DNA of 64,000 nucleotides from Octopus sinensis (lineage: Eukaryota): assembly GCF_006345805.1 (NCBI RefSeq), contig NC_042999.1, positions 37,634,001-37,698,000 on the forward strand, written 5' to 3'. The first letter of the stretch is position 1, and each line of letters opens with the position of its first letter. The notes below the pieces were generated by a model. That model was not told the origin of the DNA and did no database searches. It was given only the letters and a program-made list of their open reading frames with translations. Below are positions 41,129-53,775 of the stretch, one piece after another. Position numbers and translations under genes: made by a program.

Positions 41129-42084
41129 ACGTCTCTCACCCTACGATCGTGACGAAAACAAGGCGGCAACTGAAAACTAGGTTTTCTCATTAGGGACGGA
41201 AAACTTTACAGCGCAGAACAGCTTACGTGTTAGAACCTTCATAAGCTAGTAGTGTGATCGATATTTGAACATCGCTTACCGACAACCAGCTGTTACATAT
41301 ATGCATTTTAAATCGCATGTGAAAAAAAAAACAAAACAAAACAATCACATGAAAAAAAAAACAAAAACGATTCTAATACTTGATAAATTTTTCATTCATA
41401 ATACGGTAAGCTTCTTCAAACCACCAAAGTACTTGTCCTCTTTCAAAATCATACTTCTCATTCATTTTTTCCTGGAACTGATTGAACACAAGCAAAGCTT
41501 GGTTCTGGGCCCGATTCCACAGCGCGGCACCATAGCAAAATGTCTTCTACCATAACTTTGTGTAAATAATTTTTGAGAGGACTAATGACTGACGGACACC
41601 GTGAAGCGCACACACATGTACACATACATACACACATACAAGCACAAACACAATACATACATACATACATACATACATACATACATACATACATACATAC
41701 ATACATACATAATACATACATACACACATACATAGATACAAACACACAAAATAATTTGATAAAAAATGTGAATTTTTAATTATTTTCTGAGATTTTACAA
41801 AAACAACAAAAATATTTTTTAAAAATTTTAAGCACACACATATACACATTTATATACACAGTATAAGGAACTCTCTACATTTATGTATACAACTATTTAT
41901 GTATTTGATCTGTACTCTAGCCGCCTACACTTCGGTTTATATACGTTTCAATGAATCCGAACGATGAAAGTGAACAGTTAGGATTTTCTAAGACTAAATA
42001 GAACGAAAATAGAAACCACCCACCTAGATTGAAGTAGCGTACGTCATCTGTTTCTTCTGAATAATGCCTTTATGCTCCTTTTCC

Positions 42085-42685
42085 CCCTCCACCACAACCC
42101 TCTTCCTCTTCCTTCCTTCCTTCCCTCCTCTTCCTTCCTTCCTTCCTTCCCTCCCTCCCTCCCTCCCTCCCTTCCTCCTCTTCCTTCCCTCCGCCTCTTC
42201 CTTCCTTCTCCTCCTCTTCCTTCCCCCTCCTCCTTCTCCCTCCCCTCCTCTCTTCTCTTTCCTTTCCTCTTCTTCTTTCCCCCTCTCTTCTTCCTTCCCT
42301 CCCTCCTCCTCTTCGTTTCTTCCTTCCCTCCCTCCGCCTCTTCCTTCCTTCTCTCCTCCTCTTCCCTCCCTCCCTCCTCTTCCTTCCTTCCTTCTCTCCT
42401 CCTCTTCCTTCCTCCCTCCTCCCCTTCCTTCCTTCCCTCCCTCCCTCCTCTTCCTTCCTTCCTTCTCTCCTCCTCTTCCTTTCCTCCCTCCTCCCCTTCC
42501 TTCCTTCCCTCCCTCCCTCCTCTTCCTTCCTTCCTTCTCTCCTCCTCTTCCTTTCCTCCCTCCTCCCTCCCTTCCTTCTCTCCTCCTCTTCCACCCCGCC
42601 TCTTCCTTCCCTCCTCCTCCTCTCCCTCCCCTCCTCTTCCTTCCTCACCCCTCCTCCTCTTTCTTCCTCACCCCTCCTCCTCCTC
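42085..42685. repeat. Almost pure polypyrimidine (CCTT/CCT)n tract, about 600 bp
   Basis: Directly visible. Confidence 0.95.
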
Positions 42686-43056
42686 CTTGCACACGACCTT
42701 GTGTATTAATGTCATTATATTGCTTCAAATTGATCTTGATAGTTTTATGACTATACCTACAATGATTTCTGTCGACTCTCTCAGCCCCTTTCCTAACGGA
42801 CACTGCTCCTTCTTTCTTGGCCTTAGATTTTGATATACAAAGATTTGATAAACAAGACTATAAATTAAAACTGACCCCACCAAAACAGTGACAAGCTAGA
42901 TCTCTAACAAGTTTTTTTTTCCTGAAGGTTTAGTAGCTTCTAAGCTGAAGTGAAGACAGTATGGACCTTGTCTATCTCGTTACCTTCTTCGAGGTTTTTA
43001 GGTAAAATTATGCTAATGTGCCCCTCTGTTTTAATTTAATTTAACTCTATGTATTT

Positions 43057-43143
43057 ATGCAGCTGAGAATTGCTCTGCATTAAAACTGATGTAATAATTG
43101 CATTGTTCAATTAAATGGAGTCGCTGAAACGATCGTACTGTAT
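43057..43143 (+). ncRNA. Decayed HHR of the ACGATCGT stem III type
   Basis: ATGCAG-CTGAGAA...GAAAC-GATC-GTA|CTGTAT: 6-bp stem I; G8 is mutated and stem II is degenerate. Confidence 0.5.
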
Positions 43144-43254
43144 TACCTCTGGATATCCTGCTGCTTATTTTTATATATATATATCTATCTATCTATATTT
43201 ATATATATATAATATATTATATTATATATATATTATATATATATATATATATAT

Positions 43255-43636
43255 AGTGGTTGTATGAAGTCAACATAACGTGACAGTCCCATAGAGGGAA
43301 TTACACCACCGCTATATAGCCCTAGGAAGCATCGACGCTTCCTGTCGGCTTTGACACATTTGCTGTGTCCTTATATTTGCAAAGGGGAGGCAAGCATCCC
43401 CACCAGCCAGAACTAGCAGCCTGGAGACATACATGTTTCTGGGTCTTGACCGTCGTCAGTCCAGGGTAGCGTGTCCTCGCTAGCGGTGATACTTACCAAG
43501 CCTTTGCAAATATATCTATTTACAGTGAAATTTATTCACTGGTCACCGTAATTAGAAGTAATGAATTTAAAATGTCTCAACGAGACATGAGCGGTGGTGG
43601 AGCGATAGAGTGGTTGTATAAAGTCAACATAACGTG

Positions 43637-43639
<3 letters not shown>
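43255..43639 (-). mobile_element. Retrozyme-like element: 354-bp monomer plus 31-bp terminal redundancy
   Basis: Direct repeats at 43255-43285 and 43609-43639 (30/31 identical), an internal HHR, many internal inverted repeats, no coding potential, flanked by (TA)n and (CA)n. Confidence 0.75.
43420..43465 (-). ncRNA. Type I hammerhead ribozyme with intact catalytic core
   Basis: CCTGGA-CTGACGA-C-GGTC-AA-GACC-CA-GAA-ACAT-GT-ATGT-C|TCCAGG: perfect 6-bp stem I; predicted GUC cleavage between 43426 and 43425. Confidence 0.85.
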
Positions 43640-43669
<30 letters not shown>

Positions 43670-43695
43670 GTATGGATGTATCTGTATATATACGG

Positions 43696-43780
<85 letters not shown>

Positions 43781-43782
<2 letters not shown>

Positions 43783-44098
43783 ATAGCCCCAGGCTGAACA
43801 AAGCCTAGTGAGTGGATTTCGTACACAGAAACTGAAAGACTATCGTATATTTGTGTGTGTGTTTGTGTGTGTGTGTCTGTGTGTGTCTGTGTGTGTCTGT
43901 GTCTGTGTCTGTGTTTGTACCCCCACGATTGCTTGACAACCGATGTTGCTGAATTTACATTCCCATAAATTAGCGGTTCGGTAAAAAACACTGATAGAAT
44001 AAGTACTAGGCTTTCCAAGAATAAATCCTATGATCGATTTCTTCGACCAACGACGGTGCTCCAGCATGGCCTCTGTCACATGACTGAAACAAGTAAAG
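43781..44098 (+). mobile_element. SINE family A, 5'-truncated and diverged
   Basis: Central and tail modules are recognisable. Confidence 0.8.
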
Positions 44099-44204
44099 CG
44101 TTAAAAAGACTGTACCATTTTAATCCCGTGCAGGGCCGGGAATCTCTGCTCGTATATAATATAATATAAAATAATACAGCATTATATATATTTTATTTTA
44201 TATT

Positions 44205-44588
44205 ACTAGCACTATGACCCGGCATGCATATACAGCTGCATATATATGCATATACTGCTAGTGCATGCATATACAGCTGCGTGTGTGCGCACAAACACGC
44301 GAGTACTGTCCAAATCTCCGACCAATCACATACAGCTAGCTGGCATTCAATTGGCGTATCAAGTTTCGGGCATTTTGATTGGGTTTTGGATAGAAAATTC
44401 ACAAAAAGGTCATTTCTATCAATTTTGTAATGGGGTGACTGGGGAAATGTAAAGATGTGCACGACCACCCTTGGACGGTTTTGAATGACCATAGAAAGTG
44501 CGAGCCCTCTAACTGAAAAATTGTGGATTTGTATAAAGGAGACACGCACTCACCCCCCCACATATTTTGCCGTTTATATATAGAGATA
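44205..44588 (+). mobile_element. Possible non-autonomous Helitron-like element
   Basis: Starts ACTAGCACTATGACCCGGC and ends TTTATATATAGAGAT, an end pattern typical of such elements. Confidence 0.4.
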
Positions 44589-44622
44589 TATCTTATATAT
44601 ATATATATATATATAATATTAT

Positions 44623-44707
<85 letters not shown>

Positions 44708-44734
44708 TACATATATACACACATACATACATAC

Positions 44735-44890
44735 ATTTATTTTCTCTCCTTGTTTCTTTCTGTGTTCCTTTGTAGAAGAGCGTAGGCTCGAAACGTTAAA
44801 GATTTTTTCACTTCCCGAGCGTTATGCTAATACATGTATTTGTTGTCTACACCACCTGTCTTCGTCTTTTGTTTTTTTTGTGAATTCTCC
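44735..44890 (+). mobile_element. Penelope-like terminal fragment with degenerate HHR (44768-44802)
   Basis: TGTAGA-A-GAGC-GTAG-GCTC-GAAAC-GTT-AAAGA; same family as 7680. Confidence 0.65.
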
Positions 44891-45642
44891 GTAGTTGTGG
44901 TTGGTACTTTCTTTTGCTTCCTTTCTGCTTCTTGTCGCCACATTCTTCCTCTTTGGTTCTCTCTCCTTTCTCTCTCACTTTCCCACTCTCTTACTCTTCC
45001 TTTCTCTCGGACTCTCCCTCGCTTTCTCTTACTCTCTATATTTCTCTATCTACCTCTCTCCCATTTATAAAAAAACAAAAGAAATGAAAAAATTTTGAAA
45101 GATCAATAATAAATATCAGGCATGGACAACGGAAAGGTCTGCTTCAAGGCAGAAAGCAAAACACTAACATTTAAAAGGGACAGACGAACTTACGAGCTGA
45201 ATAAAAAAAAAAAAAAAAAATTGGAAACCAAAGTTTGAAGGGTTAGAATCTCAGGATAGTAGACTCACCAAGGCAACCACTCTTGCGTCCCAAAACGTCT
45301 CCCAATCAATTTCTCACCTCAAGTTAACCCCTCCTGTAAATTTCAATCCCCTTCCAGCCCCATTTAGACTCCTTTTTTCATAAAAATCCAATTCGTATCA
45401 ACGTTCGCCTTCTTCATTTTATAGATTAGATTAGAACAAAAGGATAGACAGGTAAATTACCTGTCGCTAATCTTCATTTAGGCAGCTACCATGTTCCTGC
45501 ATTTAGAATTACATTCAAACTTGGAATTAACGCACAAGTTCGACCTGAGCACTAATTGTATTCTTCTTTTATCTTACATCATCTGACAACATTGTATTAC
45601 CTACAATTATATACGCACACATACATACATACATACATACAC

Positions 45643-45675
<33 letters not shown>

Positions 45676-45716
45676 CATACATACATTCATACACATGCAT
45701 ATATATATATATATAT

Positions 45717-45765
<49 letters not shown>

Positions 45766-45794
45766 ATGTATATATATGTATATATATATATACA

Positions 45795-46022
45795 TTTTTT
45801 TTTCTCTAGTTTCAGCTCAGAGTTGCGGCCATGCTCATGCACCGCCGTTTTGCGCTACACTGTTATTGCGAAGAACCTCGTCTAATATGTGGCACTTGGT
45901 GAAGAATGGAGTTTTGTATAGCTACTCTCATTTTCACCTCTTGCCGTGAGGTAGGTTCATCTGGACTCTCGACAGGAAGATGTCCAGCTTTGATTTAAAA
46001 ACCGCTACATCTACTTTGTGCA

Positions 46023-46024
<2 letters not shown>
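45795..46024 (-). mobile_element. 3' end of a CR1-clade LINE
   Basis: Translates [42 protein letters not shown]...* with one frameshift, then a short 3' UTR and A tail. Confidence 0.7.
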
Positions 46025-46079
<55 letters not shown>

Positions 46080-46240
46080 ATAAATTAATAAATAAATAAA
46101 ACATATGCATATATACATACATACATGTACGTACCTACCTCTACATGTATATATACATGCATATATGGGTACAGGACACCAAAAAAAAACGTCGAACAGA
46201 ATGAGAAACGATATATATATAATATATTATATATATATAT

Positions 46241-46309
<69 letters not shown>

Positions 46310-46846
46310 TATATACGCATGTATGAATGTATGTATGTATATATGTATTTATGTATGTATGTATGTATGTATGTATGTGTGTGTGTGTGTGCGCACGCGT
46401 GTGAAGACCAAACAAAAGTACCAACTGCTTATTCCACAACGTATTGAAATAGTTCAAATGTGTTACAGTGGTCAAAACAAAACAACCAACGTTTTACATA
46501 TTTCTGAGAGCTTACGGAATTAAACCAACAAATACAAATTACATGCCTTTCTGTTTGAACAAAAGGGCCTATAAATATACACGCCATTAATGGTCCTGTA
46601 ATGGAATGAAATCAGGTTTTCAGTGGAGTATTAGTAATTATTGTACTACAATAAAACTGACAATACTAATGCAATTTTGATTCCCACAAATATGTCTGCA
46701 TATATAATACTAATTGCTTCGCTTAGGCTCAATAACTTTTAACATTCTCCGGGAATGTTTTTTCTTACTGTTTGTCTGCCACAAGCTTGAAATTGTTACA
46801 TGTTAATGTGAGTGTGTGCGTAAGTGTGGTCGTGTAAGTATGTTTC

Positions 46847-46924
<78 letters not shown>

Positions 46925-47243
46925 ATGACATGTGACTCCATTGACCGAGGTTACCGTGGTCTTTTCCGTAGACTTTTCTTTCCACGGCTAAACCTCACCT
47001 GTCTTCCGCTTTACACTTTACATTGACGTTTCTGTGATAACGATCCCTATTGATTGGTTTCTTTCTTTTTCCTTTTTCTTTTTCTTTTTTTCTTTCTTTT
47101 TTTTTCTTTTGCTTTCCTCTTTCTTTCCATTTACGATCCTCTTTGATCGAAAACCAACCCACCTTTTTTTATCTCCAAAAAGAAAAGCTCTACCTTGTAA
47201 TTTGTCCCGTCTGTGTGCAGCCCTGTGTGGCTAATAAAGAAAC

Positions 47244-47382
<139 letters not shown>

Positions 47383-47439
47383 CAGTTCAACATGTGCAAC
47401 CGTTCATTCAGACTTGTTTTTCTCTCTCTCTCTCTCCAC

Positions 47440-47610
47440 AATTCCTTCTCTCGGTCTGTTTTCTCTCGTTGTTGCTTTCGGTAGAAAAAAAAGCGTAGGT
47501 TCGAAACGTCAAAGACTTCTTCCAATTTTCCTGAGCGTCAAACAATACACTGTTTGTTGATCCTTCAACAGTCTGTCTTTTGTTGTTTGATTTTGTATGA
47601 TTTTGAACCA
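47440..47610 (+). mobile_element. Penelope-like terminal fragment with degenerate HHR (47475-47515)
   Basis: CTTT-CGGTAGA...GCGTAGGTTC-GAAAC-GTC|AAAG. Confidence 0.55.
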
Positions 47611-47769
47611 CACACTCACACACACACACACACACCACACACACACACACACACACATGGTGGTTGTCTACTCCTTATGCAGAGTCTGACTACCTCTTGT
47701 ACTTACACCTTCGATCCATCATGGCGTCTGATGTGGCTTTTTAAATCATACAATGTATTGAAAAGACAT

Positions 47770-48343
<574 letters not shown>

Positions 48344-48354
48344 GTCTGTCTGGT

Positions 48355-48385
<31 letters not shown>

Positions 48386-48489
48386 ATATATATGTACAAC
48401 TAATGTAGGATAAAATATTTTGGAAAAAAGAAAAAAATTTTATCAATGGCCAGCATATCAAAAAATACCTTTAAAGGTTAAATTTATAA

Positions 48490-48785
48490 ATAACTTATAA
48501 AATAAAATAAAGGCAAAAGAAAAATTCTAATGCCAAATATGCCGAAAAAAGACAAAATTGTCGATAACCATTATAATTTATGTGTCTCGAAACAAGCCGA
48601 TAGAAATTTCTAAAAAGAAAAAACCGTTGTTACCGTATTGGTCCCAATTTCGGGGTTAATTGGTCCCAATTTCGGCTTGTTTCGAGAGACATAAATTATA
48701 ATGGTTATTGACAATTTTGCCTTTTTTCGGCATATTTGGCATTAGAATTTTTCTTTTGCCCTTATTATTTTATTTTATAAGTTAT
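48490..48785. repeat. Fold-back inverted repeat, arms about 111-114 bp
   Basis: Arms 48490-48600 and 48672-48785; the spacer holds a duplicated TTGGTCCCAATTTCGG. Confidence 0.9.
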
Positions 48786-48925
48786 ATATATATATATATA
48801 CCAAAGCTAAACATTGAGGAGGTTAATTAATACGTTCATACATACATGCATACGTACATACATGATTGCATAATGATTGCATACATACACACACGTAGAC
48901 ACTCACACACTCTCTCACATACACA

Positions 48926-48966
<41 letters not shown>

Positions 48967-49101
48967 ACCACATTAGAAGAATAACAGTTTCAAACAGCTG
49001 TTCGTTCCTAGTTGCTCCTTTTCCTAATCAATATTTAAACCTACGTCAAATACCGCGTACCATCTGTTTACGTTTGTATTAACAAGGACGCCTACAAAGA
49101 T

Positions 49102-49176
<75 letters not shown>

Positions 49177-49288
49177 CACATACACAACACACACACATGC
49201 ATGCATACATACACCTAGGCACGCATCCATCACCTATTACCTATCAATCTATTACTACAATCATCCACCCATATCTCTCCCCCCACGC

Positions 49289-49334
<46 letters not shown>

Positions 49335-49352
49335 GTGTGTGTGTGTATCTAT

Positions 49353-49440
49353 AGGCCCGAAACGTTAAAGACTTTTTCACTTCCCGAGCGTTATACTAAT
49401 ACATCTGTTTGTTGTCTACACCATTTGTATTCGTCATTTG
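49353..49440 (+). mobile_element. Truncated Penelope-like fragment (3' half of the HHR)
   Basis: GGCCCGAAACGTTAAAGACTTTTTCACTTCCCGAGCG, as in the 7680 family. Confidence 0.65.
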
Positions 49441-49654
49441 TGTCTTTAGGGCTTGCAGTCGGCAGGTGGATGTCCCCGGGATCGTTCGGCAGGATGCCCG
49501 AGACGTCAGCCTAAGACGCCGTCAGCCCGGCGGGTGCCCGCCGCCTTCACGCCACCCTTCATTCTCCGTTAAAATGGCGGTGCCCCAGCATGGCCACAGC
49601 TCGTGAGCTGAAACTAGATAAAATATATATATAACTATTACTACTACTACCCCC

Positions 49655-49969
49655 ACCCCCTTCGGTCATGACAGACCATGGGATTGCACCTAGAGAGTTA
49701 CCCTCCCAGGCAGAAGTCCGAGCAAGATTGGTTGTGGAAGGCCATCAGTCGCCCATGCATACCAGCCTCCCCTCTCCACGCCACCAGTGTTATCCGATAT
49801 AGCTTGGCACCACTGATGATGCAACTCATTTCTACAGCTGAGTGAACTGGAGCAACGTGAAATAAAGTGTCTTGCTCAAGAACACAACATGCAGCCCGGT
49901 CCGGGATTCAAACTCACGACCCCACGATTGTAGGCTCGACGCTCTAACCGCTGAGCCATGCGCCTTCAC
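49655..49969 (-). mobile_element. SINE family C
   Basis: Reverse complement of the 27772 copy. Confidence 0.85.
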
Positions 49970-50276
49970 TATATATTTATGTATATATTATTTATATTAT
50001 TACATACATACATATATATAGCTGTCTTTGGAGACTCATATTGTCGTTGAATGCTCGAAATGAGGAGTAGACAGGCAGCCGACAACTGATGAAGGGTCCT
50101 TTCTCTGTGTTAACTTGTCCTGTTTCCCATTTTTTCTCGTTGTTTACGTATTTCATGTTAGTTGCACCGTTGGTGACGTCCTGTACCCCTATATGCATGT
50201 ATGTATGTGTGAATATATATATATATATATATAATATATATATATATAATGTATTATTTATTATTTATTTCATATT

Positions 50277-50308
<32 letters not shown>

Positions 50309-50492
50309 ATATATATATATATATATTATAAGTAGACGAAAATGAATTATCTTATTACGGATAATTCGAAAGATACCGATGCCTGGGTAGCAAACTCACA
50401 ACAGAAAGAGCACGGTTGAAGTACGACCATAGGGCATAAAATCCGTGCCTTAGTGCGGAAATTTGAAGTTTAATATATTAAGTATAACTAAG

Positions 50493-50617
50493 AATGGAGC
50501 TGAACGAAGATTTAACAAAATTCCTTTATTTTATTTTATTTTATTTTCGACATATGTTTCGAAACATATGTCGAAATAAAATAAAGGAATTTTGTTAAAT
50601 CTTCGTTCAGCTCCATT
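50493..50617. repeat. Spacerless palindrome centred on TTTC|GAAA
   Basis: Arms are exact complements apart from extra TTTAT units on the left; the right arm starts GAAACATATGTC. Confidence 0.92.
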
Positions 50618-50629
50618 TTTCCTATACTT

Positions 50630-50687
<58 letters not shown>

Positions 50688-51148
50688 TATATAGAATATA
50701 GAGAGAGGAGAGAGAGAGAGAGAGAGAGACACGCACACACACATTACACACAAATCTGAAGAAAAATGTACTTTGAGAACTCAATCATATTTAAAGGAAA
50801 ATAATGCCTACATTTTTATCAAAATATGTTTGGCGTTTTCAGTCGTTTTAAAGAATATTCAGTCATGCTGAAGGTTTAAACAGAATAGATACCATTAGGA
50901 AGTTTTTTTTTACCTAGTTTTCCACTAGCAGAAGCAATCGAAATTACATTCGATGAAGTGTATATACATACGACGTACACCCAGAATAATACCACCCTCA
51001 ATGACAGGAATATTATTAAGAAAAAAAAAAAAGCTGTTGGTAACTCGCGCAACAGAAGTACCGTTTTGCTTCTAATAAATCTACGTTGATGGAGTTGCAA
51101 AGTGTTCTTCTCAGGACATCCATTTAACACTCACACATACATACATGT

Positions 51149-51454
51149 GGAGGCGCAATGGCCCAGTGGTTAGGGCAGCGGACTCGCGGTCGTAGGTTCG
51201 TGGTTTCGATTCCCAGACCGGCCGTTGTAAGTGTTTATTGAGCGAAAACACCTAAAAGGCTCCACGAAGCTCCGGCAGGGGATGGTGGCGATCCCTGCTG
51301 TACTCTTTCGCCGCAACTTTCTCTTACTCTTTCTTCTGTTGGCCTGCTCGCTTAGCCAGCGGGGTGGCGTCATCTGAAGGCTAAAACAATGCGAAGCGCA
51401 TTGTGACCAGCGATGTGTAGCAACATCTGATAGCCTGGTCGGTCACGTGGTCAC
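51149..51454 (+). mobile_element. SINE with family E head and middle but a different tail
   Basis: First roughly 180 bp match 35750; the remainder is unrelated to that copy's tail. Confidence 0.8.
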
Positions 51455-51601
51455 ACACACACACACCCACCACCACCACCACCATCACCACCACCACCAC
51501 CACCACTACCACCACCAACACCACACAACTTATCAAAACTAAATTCGATGATTTTTCAGCTCGATATCACTGGCATTAATAATCATCTTTCTCTCAAAAA
51601 A

Positions 51602-52175
51602 GGCGGCGAGCTGGCAGAAACGTTAGCACGCAGGGCGAAATGCTTTGCCGTATTTCGTCTGCCGTTACGTTCTGAGTTCAAATTCCACCGAGGTCTACTT
51701 TGCCTTTCATCCTTTCGGGGTCGATTAAATAAGTACCTGTTACACACTGGAGTTTGCCTGTCCTTGTCTGTCCCCTCTGTGTTTAGCCCCTCGTGGGTAG
51801 TAAAGAAATAGGTATTTCGTCTGTCGCTACGTTCTGAGTTCAAATTCCGTCGAGGTAGACTTTGCCTTTCATCCTTTCGGGTTCGATAAATTAAGTACCA
51901 GTTACGCACTGGGGTTGATGTAATTGACTTAACCCCTTTGTCTGTCCTTGTTTGTCCTCTCTGTGTTTAGCCGCTTGTGGGTGGTAAAGAAATAGGTATT
52001 TCGTCTGTCGCTACGTTCTGAGTTCAAATTCCGCCGAGGTCAACTTTGTCTTTCATCCTTTCGGGGTCGATAAATTAAGTACCATTTACGCACTGGGGTC
52101 GATGTAATCGACTTAACCCCTTTGTTTGTCCTTGTTTGTTCCCTCTATGTTTAGCCCCTTGTGGGCAATAAAGAA
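51602..52175 (+). mobile_element. Tandem trimer of SINE family B
   Basis: One full unit (51602-51810) and two headless units (51811-51994, 51995-52175). Confidence 0.9.
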
Positions 52176-52248
52176 CTAAGAATCATCCTCCTTGATGAAC
52201 ATCCAGCCATTCACGGTGAAGATCTACATAGCGCTACCAGAATTAGTG

Positions 52249-52348
52249 NNNNNNNNNNNNNNNNNNNNNNNNNNNNNNNNNNNNNNNNNNNNNNNNNNNN
52301 NNNNNNNNNNNNNNNNNNNNNNNNNNNNNNNNNNNNNNNNNNNNNNNN
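52249..52348. other. Assembly gap (100 N)
   Basis: Run of N; true size unknown. Confidence 1.
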
Positions 52349-52464
52349 TTGGCAAAAAAAGAGAAGTAAATAAATGACCATCCCGAAATACAACAATATC
52401 TGTTTCAACACACGATTTCACATAGGAATCTTGTACAAGGAATTGATTAAACGCATTATATATA

Positions 52465-52507
<43 letters not shown>

Positions 52508-52991
52508 GCATGGCATACACGCACACGTTCACACATCCAACTACACACAACTTATACATACATGCACACACACAATAATCTCTAGTGTTTTTTTCCCCCC
52601 TTAAATATTGGTGCCAATTGGAGTTATTAAAAGTTTAGTAGTTTGTGAAGAGATAATTACATTTTAAACAGAAAGGTAGTTGAAGGTTATCAGGTACTTT
52701 GTGCTTAAATGATTTTTGATACAAAGAAAAAAAAAGAAATTGGATAATCTTCGAAACATCTGCATTGCATCCGAGTAAAATTTAAATTGATTAATTTTAT
52801 AATTCCTCTTAAAAAAGTATAAATCTGACGATGAATAATCATATATTATTTAAGGGAAAATTTTAAAAAGGGTAAAATCACATTCAACAGAATACTTTTA
52901 AACATAGCGAGAAGAGCATATATGCACGCTCGATCGCATGCATATACATTGCCAAAATCAACTCTGACATGAATGCATAATATCAATATCA

Positions 52992-53063
<72 letters not shown>

Positions 53064-53064
53064 T

Positions 53065-53101
<37 letters not shown>

Positions 53102-53160
53102 GTCCTGTCTGTCTGTCTGTCTGTCTATGTATGTATGTATGTATGTATCTATCTATCTAG

Positions 53161-53219
<59 letters not shown>

Positions 53220-53269
53220 CCTGTCTATCTCTACATATGCATACATAAATGTAAATTCATACATATATA

Positions 53270-53310
<41 letters not shown>

Positions 53311-53515
53311 ACACAACACACATATACGTATGTGTAGTGTATGTATATTTGTTTGGATGTGTGCATGTGGTGTGTGTGTGTGTGTGTGTGCGTGTGTGTA
53401 TATATATATGTATATGTATGTATATGTGTGTGTGTGTTTATGTATATGTATGTGCATAGAATTTTTGTTATATAGCTAAATTATTGCTTTTACGATATTT
53501 GTTACCTGTACTGCT

Positions 53516-53554
<39 letters not shown>

Positions 53555-53733
53555 TACCACCTCAACACACACCACCACCACACCACCACACAACAACCAC
53601 CACCACAGCACACACCAACACCACAAATACTACTACTACTACTACTACTACTACTCTACCACACCTCCACAACCACCACCACCACCAACAACAACCAGCA
53701 CCACCAACACCACAAATACTACTACTACTACTA

Positions 53734-53775
<42 letters not shown>

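Noticed and set aside
49448-49466. Minus-strand GACTGCAAGCCC as a twister ribozyme loop
   Set aside because: The flanking P4 strands do not pair and the other twister elements are missing.
50086-50100. CTGATGAAGGG as a hammerhead
   Set aside because: No closing stem II or GAAA follows; at most a remnant.
52176-52420. ORFs and adjacency across the N run
   Set aside because: This is a placeholder gap, so contiguity and frame are unknown.
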